In this document: positions 9,642 to 16,801 of the stretch, piece by piece
How positions within the stretch are numbered: the stretch's first letter is position 1
Layout: every line of letters starts with the position of its first letter
Source: an uncultured Alphaproteobacteria bacterium
Lineage (GTDB): Bacteria > Pseudomonadota > Alphaproteobacteria > RF32 > CAG-239
NCBI GenBank assembly: GCA_944391415.1
Contig: CALXTM010000006.1
Span: 9,488-73,487, forward strand
Reading direction: 5' to 3'
DNA length: 64,000 nucleotides
The notes under the pieces: generated by a model
Databases searched by the model: none
The model's input: the letters and a program-made list of their open reading frames with translations, nothing else
What the model was told of the DNA's origin: nothing
Position numbers and translations under genes: made by a program

Positions 9642-9946
9642 TTTAAAAAGCTCCCATGTTTTAGGGAGCTTTTTTAGTTGGGCGAATGCCGATTTGCTTG
9701 AGAGCAAATCGGATGAGACTATTCTGGCTCGTAAAGTTTGTGTTTTTTTGTAAAAAACACGCACTAACTCGCTGCGGTCACCGCTATGATAACGCTTGCG
9801 ATGCATTATAAATGACCTCGCAAGCTAACAAACGCGTAACTTACAGTCCAAAAAATTGTCATTTTTTGAACTTAAGCATAATCCGCCCCATTTAAAAAGC
9901 TCCCATATTTTAGGGAGCTTTTTTAGTTGGGCGAATGCCGATTTGC
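9628..9946 (+). repeat. 70-bp direct repeat pair (9628-9697 and 9877-9946, one mismatch) flanking a 179-bp insert
   Basis: Both copies contain the tRNA-His T-stem 3' strand, acceptor 3' strand, CCA, the terminator and the last 12 codons of mutT. The single difference is g9658 versus a9907, in the terminator loop. Confidence 0.9.
9645..9675. terminator. Bidirectional rho-independent terminator (tRNA-His / mutT); second copy at 9894-9924
   Basis: aaaaAGCTCCC-atgtttta-GGGAGCTttttt, flanked by an A-run and a T-run. Confidence 0.7.
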
Positions 9947-10347
9947 GCTATTAATTCTTTATCTGCTTCGGCAAAATTATAGTTTTTTAATTCTTGGGGA
10001 TATACCCATGCGGTTTGGCAATGTTCGGTGTCAACTATTGGGGCGTTGGGATCTGACATTGTGGCATGAAATAAATTGATTTCGACAGTGGCAAAATCAT
10101 AATTATGTGTGGTTTGAGCAATAAACTCGCCGATTTGAGCGGTTATATGCAGTTCTTCCTGTAATTCGCGTTTGAGTGTTTGAGGCAATGTCTCGCCGGG
10201 CTCTTGTTTGCCACCTGGAAATTCCCATACCAGAGGCGGTTTCTTGTCAGCCGGGCGTTGAGCAATGAAAATTTTGCCGTTTTTGGTTAAAGCTGCCGCT
10301 GCAACAGTAATCTTTTTCATGATATTTTCCTTAAAGTTTTTATTCAT
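9910..10347 (-). CDS. mutT: NUDIX hydrolase, MutT-like (8-oxo-dGTP diphosphatase family)
   Basis: Nudix box GGKQEPGETLPQTLKRELQEELHI. The start may be the internal MKKITVAAAA at 10320. Confidence 0.75.
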   Translation of the reverse strand: MNKNFKENIMKKITVAAAALTKNGKIFIAQRPADKKPPLVWEFPGGKQEPGETLPQTLKRELQEELHITAQIGEFIAQTTHNYDFATVEINLFHATMSDPNAPIVDTEHCQTAWVYPQELKNYNFAEADKELIAQIGIRPTKKAP

Positions 10348-10423
10348 AATTCTTCTTTATCTTGCAAAAGTCAAATAAATAAGTGTAAATTAAAAAATAA
10401 AATCTATATGGAGGGTAGGAGAA

Positions 10424-10975
10424 ATGAAATTTATTGTTTGCTTGATTGTGGGGGGATTGTGTTTTTGGTCAGCGGAAACAAAAGCTGACGATAATGCGGC
10501 AGAGGTGGATCAGAAGGTTGATTTGACACACTTTCAAATCGAGCAACAAGCACAAACCAAGGCAATGCAACAGATTGAAGAAAAACAAAAACTCCAAGAA
10601 GAAAAAAACGCAGCCGATGAGACAGAAGAGCAGATTAGTGAACCTATGAGTGAAAAAGAACAGCGTCTTTCAAAACGTCGGGCCGAAATTGCGGCAGAAA
10701 GAGCAAGTGAGACCAGCAGGTTTAAGAAAAAAGCCATTGAAAATACCGAGGCACGAGAAAAAAAATATGAAGAAATAATGCAAAGAAAGCAAGAAAAAGC
10801 TTCAAGATTTCAAAAAGCCGCAGCCGAGAAGGCAGAAGCTGAAAAACAAGAAGCAATTAAAAAAGCTGCCGAACCATCAAAATCGAGATTTACGGAAAAA
10901 GCCAAGCAAAGAGCTATTGAAAGAGCAAAAAAACGAGAGGAAAAAGAAAAAAGATTGCGCAGAAATCGCCGCTAA
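10424..10975 (+). CDS. Secreted Lys/Glu/Ala-rich low-complexity (coiled-coil-like) protein
   Basis: Signal peptide MKFIVCLIVGGLCFWSAETKA, then a highly charged KE-rich sequence. GGAG-type SD upstream (ggagggtaggagaaATG). Confidence 0.55.
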   Translation: MKFIVCLIVGGLCFWSAETKADDNAAEVDQKVDLTHFQIEQQAQTKAMQQIEEKQKLQEEKNAADETEEQISEPMSEKEQRLSKRRAEIAAERASETSRFKKKAIENTEAREKKYEEIMQRKQEKASRFQKAAAEKAEAEKQEAIKKAAEPSKSRFTEKAKQRAIERAKKREEKEKRLRRNRR

Positions 10976-10997
10976 ATGAAAAATTTTGAAAAAAATA

Positions 10998-11026
10998 TTG
11001 ACAAAAAGAAAAGAAGTATATATGTT
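10998..11026 (+). promoter_or_regulatory. Near-consensus sigma70-like promoter feeding the structured intergenic array
   Basis: TTGACA (10998-11003), 17-nt spacer, TATGTT (11021-11026), just after the stop of the upstream gene. Confidence 0.45.
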
Positions 11027-11060
11027 GCCCCTATCATTTTATCATTAGCATATTATTTTT

Positions 11061-11145
11061 AAGGGAAAGCTTTTACGTATAAGAGTTTACAATTCTAGCC
11101 TAAAATCAGATATTTCAGTACATAGGTTTGGGCTTTCCCTTTTTT
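11061..11145 (+). ncRNA. Module A1: long hairpin (10-bp closing stem aagggaaagc/gctttccctt) followed by a T-run
   Basis: Perfect closing stem 11061-11070 / 11132-11141, then ttttt. No ORF. Confidence 0.35.
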
Positions 11146-11149
11146 ACAT

Positions 11150-11233
11150 ATATAAGCAGAGGAACTCGTGTTTAAGGAATCTCCACCTTAGGACAGTCGA
11201 GACAACCCGTTACACCATCCTCTGCTTTTTTAA
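11150..11233 (+). ncRNA. Module B1: structured element closed by gcagagga/tcctctgc, followed by a T-run
   Basis: 8-bp closing stem 11156-11163 / 11218-11225 plus tttttt. The 3' 49 nt are identical to B2. Confidence 0.4.
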
Positions 11234-11239
11234 AATTTA

Positions 11240-11320
11240 GGAAAGGATTGCTTTCACAATTCTGGATTTCTTACCTTTGGACACTGCTGAGTTATCAGAT
11301 CATCAAAGGCAATCCTTTCC
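11240..11320 (+). ncRNA. Module A2: long hairpin (12-bp closing stem ggaaaggattgc/gcaatcctttcc)
   Basis: Perfect stem 11240-11251 / 11309-11320. Shares the internal cacaattctgg-like motif with A1. Confidence 0.35.
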
Positions 11321-11331
11321 TTATAAATTAG

Positions 11332-11418
11332 ATATAAGCAGAGGAGCTTGTGTTTGATGGATTTTCTCTACCTTAGGACAGTCGAGACAACCCGTTACAC
11401 CATCCTCTGCTTTTTTAA
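11332..11418 (+). ncRNA. Module B2: second copy of the gcagagga...tcctctgc element, with T-run
   Basis: Identical to B1 over accttaggacagtcgagacaacccgttacaccatcctctgcttttttaa (11370-11418 = 11185-11233). The 5' half has diverged. Confidence 0.4.
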
Positions 11419-11514
11419 TATCCGAGGTTGCTTAATTGTCTTCTAGCAGAGGTAACAATAAAAGCCCCTCGGTTTTTTTATAAAAATTGATAGAATACAA
11501 AATGGCGATGGTAA

Positions 11515-12798
11515 TTACCATCCTTTGGCTGCTCGAGACCATAGTTGGGTATTGTTTCCTCCGGGGTAAACCAATATTCCGCCGACAGTCGGACTTTTGC
11601 ATCCGGTCGTTTCAGGATAAGAAAAAGGTTCTTGCGTGAGAAGGCATTTTGCCATATCGGCAAAAATCCTGGCTTCCATATATTTACCGTTGTAGCCATA
11701 ATTGTCTGACCATTCAATTTTGGAAGATGGATTTTTTATTTTTTCAAATATAGCTTTATGTTCGGGAAGAATTGGTGCGTTACCATGCAAGAGATTTTGA
11801 AAATCGCTCAATATAACGGGGTTGTTCCAGCCGCCGCCAAAAATCAAAAAGTGATTAGGCGTGCCAATGGGAGAGTAGCGTAATGTATACGCAAATATAT
11901 AGGCGCTAAAAAACTCGGCCGTACGAATGCGGTCGGCAAAAGAAATGTCGGGATCTGTTAGTTCTGGAATGATTTTGTACCATGCAGGATCTGATGATTT
12001 GGGAGGATTTTTTAATAAAAAATTCTCTTGGTTTTGGGTTTGGACAGAGTGATCAAATAGCTCTTTTAACAGAGATAGATTTATGTGTCCTTGTTTGCCA
12101 TATTTACCATCAAAATCGCAAGGTTCGTTTTTTTCATGACGAGCTAAATAGTCAACAAAGTGGTTAAAAGGACCTGTGTCCCAGCCCATAACTTTGTCGT
12201 CATAGATGATTGCAATATTGCCGGTGTTGCCGCCATTGCAAAAAGCTAAAGGAAATATTCCTTTGGCTTTTAGGTCACGAGCTAAGTGTTGATTGTGGAC
12301 AGGGGCTAACGGTGCGGCTTCACCGCCGTTCATCAAATCATCAGAGCGGAAATCAAAGGCCACTGGTAACTTGATTAGGTCGGCAAGCATTTGGCCAGAG
12401 CCTATCTGCAAAGTGTTGGCTTGTTTGCCTTGAGTTGCAACCGATGGCGGAAGATGATAACAAGTTTGACCATGAAAGCCAACGGCATTTATTTTGTTTT
12501 TTGCAAATTTTGCTTTGGTAATAAGCTCGTTGACGGTTTGAGTTACTAACCTAATATAGGCATCGTGTAAGTCTTTAAAATGTAGTTTGGGGTCGTTGGC
12601 TATAGTTTTTATATCGCCGTCGTTTTGGGCCAAAATTTCTTTGAGCCGGCGGAAGCCTGATGATATTTTTTGAGGAATTTCTATTGAATGTCCGCAGATA
12701 TCAGACATTTTGTCGCCTGCAAAATGTGTTAAGACGGCATCAACAGCATCCAAAGAATTGCCCGTCATAATGCCGATGCAGTAATATTCTGAACTCAT
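11515..12798 (-). CDS. anmK: Anhydro-N-acetylmuramic acid kinase
   Basis: N-terminal IGIMTGNSLDAVDAVL and FHGQTCYH motifs, consistent with the AnmK family. Confidence 0.75.
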   Translation of the reverse strand: MSSEYYCIGIMTGNSLDAVDAVLTHFAGDKMSDICGHSIEIPQKISSGFRRLKEILAQNDGDIKTIANDPKLHFKDLHDAYIRLVTQTVNELITKAKFAKNKINAVGFHGQTCYHLPPSVATQGKQANTLQIGSGQMLADLIKLPVAFDFRSDDLMNGGEAAPLAPVHNQHLARDLKAKGIFPLAFCNGGNTGNIAIIYDDKVMGWDTGPFNHFVDYLARHEKNEPCDFDGKYGKQGHINLSLLKELFDHSVQTQNQENFLLKNPPKSSDPAWYKIIPELTDPDISFADRIRTAEFFSAYIFAYTLRYSPIGTPNHFLIFGGGWNNPVILSDFQNLLHGNAPILPEHKAIFEKIKNPSSKIEWSDNYGYNGKYMEARIFADMAKCLLTQEPFSYPETTGCKSPTVGGILVYPGGNNTQLWSRAAKGW

Positions 12799-12906
12799 AA
12801 TCTTCCTATGTCGTATATTGTTTGTATTTATGATTATGGTGGTCTAATTTTTATTGTCAATAAAATGTTTTGTTTATCATTTATGGCTATCACAAATCGA
12901 AAATTT

Positions 12907-13156
12907 TCACCCGATGTAACTCAGCAAATAAAAAAAAGCACCCCAATGGGGTGTTTTTTTGATTGGCTGCGCTACATGGATTGTGCACGCGCTATCGCAC
13001 GGTGCACCCCTAAAGGGGCTTTCAGCGTTCATGTCTGCCACAAATGCGGCAGGCATGAATCCGAACTACAATCGTGGCTCTCACCCGATGTAACTCAGCA
13101 AATAAAAAAAAGCACCCCAATGGGGTGTTTTTTTGATTGGCTGCGCTACATGGATT
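12907..13156 (-). repeat. Perfect 76-bp direct repeat pair (12907-12982 and 13081-13156, period 174 bp) flanking a 98-bp insert
   Basis: Each copy holds the tRNA-Gln 3' part from the T-loop (aatccatgtagcgcagcca on the tRNA strand), the terminator and about 30 bp beyond. The copies are identical base for base. Confidence 0.9.
13104..13134. terminator. Bidirectional terminator downstream of tRNA-Gln (duplicate at 12930-12960)
   Basis: aaaaaaaaGCACCCCaatGGGGTGttttttt. Confidence 0.65.
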
Positions 13157-13211
13157 CGAACCACGATTAACGGAGTCAGAGTCCGCTGTCCTACCATTAG
13201 ACGATAGCGCA
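13138..13211 (-). tRNA. tRNA-Gln (anticodon CTG)
   Basis: Reverse complement folds as acceptor tgcgcta/tagcgca, anticodon arm gcgga-ctCTGac-tccgt, T arm cgtgg-ttcgaat-ccatg, discriminator G, encoded CCA. Confidence 0.9.
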
Positions 13212-13335
13212 ATATGGTTTGACTGTGAAAAGGGTATATATCAATTGATTTTAAATTGCAACTAAAAAATTTTTTTAATTAAAAATGAACCTTTTTTGTT
13301 TTAACATCGTTTTAAGTGGTATGAAAGGAGAAAAC

Positions 13336-13590
13336 ATGCAAAATATTTCTGATCTTATTAAAGAAGCAAAGCCGTTGTATTTTGCCAGAAAAAAACGCAA
13401 TAATCGGATTAAGGCCGGTTTGGCAACATTGGCGTGTGCTTTTTTGCTTTTTGCTTTCATTCCGCAGAAACAATCGACGGATTTATATTACTATTGGGAT
13501 CTGGGATATACGGAAAATTCCAATAATTTGACATATGTTGAAAATTTGGGTTTGCCGGTGGATGACTACGGATTGCTTTTGGTGGGGTAA
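13336..13590 (+). CDS. Small single-pass membrane protein (candidate ECF partner)
   Basis: ATG at 13336 preceded by aaaggagaaaac. One TM (AGLATLACAFLLFAFI). Stop abuts the sigma-factor start (TAAATG). The ORF track extends it to 13285. Confidence 0.45.
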   Translation: MQNISDLIKEAKPLYFARKKRNNRIKAGLATLACAFLLFAFIPQKQSTDLYYYWDLGYTENSNNLTYVENLGLPVDDYGLLLVG

Positions 13591-14088
13591 ATGAAAGAGA
13601 TAATAGAGCAGAATAAAGGTGTTATTCGAGCTGTGATAAAAAAAATCACCGGCACCTATAATGAAGATTTGGAGCAAGAGGTATATATCAAAACCTGGCG
13701 CAATCTGCAAAATTATAAAGAAAAAGGTAAAATATCATCATGGATTGCTGCTATCACCGCAAATGTATGCAGGGATTATTTTAAATCCAAAGCCTATAAA
13801 ACCGAAAAATTGGAGGTGGCAGCCGATGAGGCATTACAGAATAAAGCTGTGCAGCCTGTGCAAGAAAAGTTGATTGATGCCAAAGCTCGTCAAAAAATTA
13901 TTTTACAAGCGGTGGATGCGTTGCCTGGCAAAATGCGCAAGGTCGTGATTTTGTTTGAGTTTGAAGATTACACTATTGAGCAGATTGCCAAAAAACTCAG
14001 AGAACCGGTAGGAACCATAAAATCGCGACTTCATAACGGAAGAAAGATTTTGGCGGAAAAACTTAAATTTTTACAAGGAGAAAAATAA
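13591..14088 (+). CDS. ECF-type RNA polymerase sigma-70 family factor
   Basis: 165 aa with region 2 (EDLEQEVYIKTWRNL...WIAAITANVCRDYF) and region 4 (FEFEDYTIEQIAKKLREPVGTIKSRLHNGRKIL). Confidence 0.85.
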   Translation: MKEIIEQNKGVIRAVIKKITGTYNEDLEQEVYIKTWRNLQNYKEKGKISSWIAAITANVCRDYFKSKAYKTEKLEVAADEALQNKAVQPVQEKLIDAKARQKIILQAVDALPGKMRKVVILFEFEDYTIEQIAKKLREPVGTIKSRLHNGRKILAEKLKFLQGEK

Positions 14089-14547
14089 ATGAAAAAAATA
14101 TTGTTAACTGCTGTTTGTGCCAGTGTATTGACTTTGTCGGCCGGATGGGCCGCTGCTCAGCCATTGCCGCCTGAGGAACCAATGGGACCAGGACCTGTAA
14201 GGATGGAAGAGCCGTTGGCAAAAAGACTTAATCTGACCGATGAGCAGAAAGAACAGGCCGAAAAAATCAGAGAAGAAGGCCGTAAAAAAATGGAGCCTTT
14301 GATGCACGAAAGAAAATTGCTGCGTGAAGAAATGGAAGAGGTGCGCAAAGAAAATATGGAGGATTTTGAGAAGATATTGACACCTGAGCAAAAAAAGATT
14401 TTTGATGAGATGAAACAACACAAGGGTCCAAAACCGCCACGCCCAGGCAAACATCGTAGACCGGGGCCAAGACCTGATCATTATCCTGAGCATCCGGCAC
14501 CATTGCCAGGTGATGGACCGGTGCGGCCTGAGCCGGTTGATGACTAG
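14089..14547 (+). CDS. Periplasmic Spy/CpxP-like (LTXXQ motif) protein with Pro-rich tail
   Basis: Signal peptide, LNLTDEQKEQAEKI and LTPEQKKIFDEM LTXXQ motifs. Start overlaps the sigma-factor stop (TAAATG). Confidence 0.6.
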   Translation: MKKILLTAVCASVLTLSAGWAAAQPLPPEEPMGPGPVRMEEPLAKRLNLTDEQKEQAEKIREEGRKKMEPLMHERKLLREEMEEVRKENMEDFEKILTPEQKKIFDEMKQHKGPKPPRPGKHRRPGPRPDHYPEHPAPLPGDGPVRPEPVDD

Positions 14548-14573
14548 TAAAATAGTTTTTTGGGAGATGGCAA

Positions 14574-14888
14574 ATGAAATATTTTATAACGGCATTAATT
14601 GCGGTTATGCTGATAAGTCCGATGGCCGAGGCAAGATGGTACGGGCATCATAGACGACATGGCGATTGTTGCTATGCGGCGGATATTGCCACAGGGATTA
14701 TCGGTACGACGGCAGGGGTGATGATTGCCAATGAACTGATGAATCATCCGCGCCGAAAACATCATGCCGAAAGAGTATATATCTATGAGCCTGAAACAAA
14801 ATGCTATACCATAGTATCTCGCAAAACCGGCAAGGTTACGCAAGAATGCGTTAGCAGTTCGGAAAATGAGGTTATCTATGTCGATTAG
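14574..14888 (+). CDS. Small secreted His/Arg-rich protein with glycine-zipper segment
   Basis: Signal peptide MKYFITALIAVMLISPMAEA and glycine zipper ATGIIGTTAGVMIA. Followed by a terminator. Confidence 0.5.
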   Translation: MKYFITALIAVMLISPMAEARWYGHHRRHGDCCYAADIATGIIGTTAGVMIANELMNHPRRKHHAERVYIYEPETKCYTIVSRKTGKVTQECVSSSENEVIYVD

Positions 14889-14910
14889 GTTATCTTAAAC
14901 TTTGTAATTG

Positions 14911-14938
14911 AAGCCGCCTTTAAAAGGCGGCTTTTTTT
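14911..14938 (+). terminator. Rho-independent terminator of the ECF cluster
   Basis: AAGCCGCCtttaaaaGGCGGCTTttttt. Confidence 0.7.
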
Positions 14939-15002
14939 ATTAAATATTAACCGTTATGATTATAAAATTGCACCAAAATCGACTGTGGGGAGATGTTGAA
15001 CA

Positions 15003-16202
15003 ATGACAAGAATCAGAGAGTGGTTTGAAAAATGGTTTAATAATGAAATGACCAGCGGTTTGTTGATGATTGCCGCGATGTTTGCTTCGATTTTGTGTGC
15101 GAATTCTCCATGGCGAGAACCGATTGAAAATTTTTGGAATACCAGGTTGTTTGTCGGTATTGCAGATGTCAAATTTTCGAGGCCGTTGGATTGGTGGATT
15201 AATGATGTTTTGATGGTGTTCTTTTTTCTGCAAATCGGTTTTGAGTTGAAGAAAGAAATAAAAGAAGGATTTTTGTCGGATCCAAAACAAATTTTGGTGC
15301 CGGCATTGGCGGCCTTGGGCGGAATTATATGTCCGGCAATTATTTATGCCATTATTAACCACGGAGAACCTCAGTATATGAATGGTTGGGCAATCCCAAC
15401 GGCAACTGATATAGCTTTTGCAATTTGCGTGTTGATGTTGGTGGGCAAGGCGGTGCCGCAGGCGGTTAAAATATTTTTACTGGCAATTGCCATATTCGAT
15501 GATTTGGGAGCAATCATCATTATTGCATTGTTTTATAATCAGGGGGTATCAATTGATTTGTTGGGTTATGCCGGGGTGGCGTGTATTTTGCTTTATATGG
15601 TAAATAAAATGCAAATTACAAGTTTCGTGCCATATCTTGTTTTGGGTGTGGCCTTGTGGTATTGCTTCTTAAACGGCGGGGTGCATACAACGATTGCCGG
15701 AGTGGTTGTGGCAATGGCATATCCGATGAGGGTTACAATGAAAAAATATTCGCCGTTGGAGCATATGATTCGTAAATTAAAACCTTGGGTCGATTTGCTG
15801 ATATTGCCGGTATTTGCTTTTGCATCGGCGGGATTGTATTTGCGTGATGTGACTTATGAAACCTTTACTCACACGCTTACTATCGGAATTATCTTGGGAT
15901 TGTTTTTGGGAAAACAAATAGGTATTTTCAGTATGACATGGTTGCTGATAAAGGCCAAAATTGCCGCTTTTCCTAAAGAAGTAAAATTGCTTGACATTTA
16001 CGGAGTGGCATCGGTGGCAGGAATTGGGTTTACCATGGCATTGTTTGTGGGTAAACTATCGTTGCCAGGAAGTATGCAAGAAGAAATTCGTCTTGGAATT
16101 TTGTGCGGCTCGTTGTTGTCGGCCTTGTGGGGAGCTGTGGTCTTTCATTGGGACAGATATTTGCAACATAAAGAAGAACTAAAAGCCAGAATGAGGATTT
16201 GA
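15003..16202 (+). CDS. nhaA: Na+/H+ antiporter NhaA
   Basis: 399-aa polytopic ORF with NhaA hallmarks (WINDVLMVFFFL, GWAIPTATDIAFA, AIFDDLGAIIIIALFY). Confidence 0.9.
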   Translation: MTRIREWFEKWFNNEMTSGLLMIAAMFASILCANSPWREPIENFWNTRLFVGIADVKFSRPLDWWINDVLMVFFFLQIGFELKKEIKEGFLSDPKQILVPALAALGGIICPAIIYAIINHGEPQYMNGWAIPTATDIAFAICVLMLVGKAVPQAVKIFLLAIAIFDDLGAIIIIALFYNQGVSIDLLGYAGVACILLYMVNKMQITSFVPYLVLGVALWYCFLNGGVHTTIAGVVVAMAYPMRVTMKKYSPLEHMIRKLKPWVDLLILPVFAFASAGLYLRDVTYETFTHTLTIGIILGLFLGKQIGIFSMTWLLIKAKIAAFPKEVKLLDIYGVASVAGIGFTMALFVGKLSLPGSMQEEIRLGILCGSLLSALWGAVVFHWDRYLQHKEELKARMRI

Positions 16203-16258
16203 AAATATCTGATATCGTAACTATATAATAAACAGCATAATCATTAAGGAGAAAAAAT

Positions 16259-16798
16259 ATGGTTACGATGAAATTTAAAAATGCCAAATGGAATTTAATT
16301 GCCGGAATTGCCATGTTGGCATTGGGGCTTTTGATTTGGTTTAATCCTTTTGGAACAATGTTGGCATTGGCCTTTTATATAGGGCTCGGCTTTATTTTGA
16401 TCGGAGCATTTTATATGATGGCTTCGATGAATGTCAAATCAGGCTGGTATTTATTGGTCGGAGCTCTTGATTTGTTGGTTGGGTTGATTTTGATATTTAA
16501 TCTGGGGGTTACGGCGGCAAGTTTGCCGATTATTTTGGCGCTGTGGAGTTTGGCCGTAGGCGTTATCCAGATTATAGGGGCTTTTGAGGTCAAAAAATTT
16601 GCTTTGCCGTGGAAATGGTCGGCGATTATGGGTGGTGTTGGAGTAATCTTTGGATTGGTTATTTTGGCATATCCGATTATTGGCGCGGTTACCATATCAA
16701 CAGTGGTTGGTTTGTATGCGGTAATGTTTGGTATTTTGCAATTGATAGAGTACAAAATATCTAAAAACAGCTATACAATCGTGATTGAAAACAACTGA
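16259..16798 (+). CDS. HdeD/DUF308-family membrane protein
   Basis: 179 aa with six repeated Gly/Leu-rich TM helices in the DUF308 pattern. Confidence 0.65.
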   Translation: MVTMKFKNAKWNLIAGIAMLALGLLIWFNPFGTMLALAFYIGLGFILIGAFYMMASMNVKSGWYLLVGALDLLVGLILIFNLGVTAASLPIILALWSLAVGVIQIIGAFEVKKFALPWKWSAIMGGVGVIFGLVILAYPIIGAVTISTVVGLYAVMFGILQLIEYKISKNSYTIVIENN

Positions 16799-16801
16799 TG
16801 C

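Noticed and set aside
9564-9946. Classical integrated genomic island or prophage remnant at a tRNA (attL/attR)
   Set aside because: The duplicated block extends well beyond the tRNA into the downstream flank and a neighbouring gene. The intervening DNA is only 98-179 bp with no integrase fragment I can detect. It is kept as an alternative hypothesis in the findings but not called as a mobile element.
11150-11233. Fluoride (crcB) or other known riboswitch on the minus strand, based on the GGATGGTGT-like segment
   Set aside because: The remaining conserved crcB positions are absent. There is no downstream minus-strand gene to regulate, and the T-runs favour plus-strand transcription.
11150-11418. 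Possible CRISPR array (repeated elements separated by unique sequence); the same was considered for the tRNA-Gly array at 37888-38354
   Set aside because: The repeats are 73-87 bp with only 2-3 copies. The spacers at tRNA-Gly are identical to each other, no cas genes are present, and the repeats are terminator- or tRNA-derived.
12808-13170. 120-aa plus-strand ORF spanning the tRNA-Gln repeat region, containing the same peptide twice
   Set aside because: It runs antisense through the tRNA 3' fragments and terminators. Its internal duplication simply mirrors the 76-bp DNA repeat, and it has no RBS or coding-like composition.
14104-14503. Three antisense ORFs (78-129 aa) opposite the LTXXQ protein gene
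   Set aside because: They are low-complexity mirror frames of a Lys/Glu/Pro-rich coding sequence. The sense ORF has a signal peptide, motifs and operon context.
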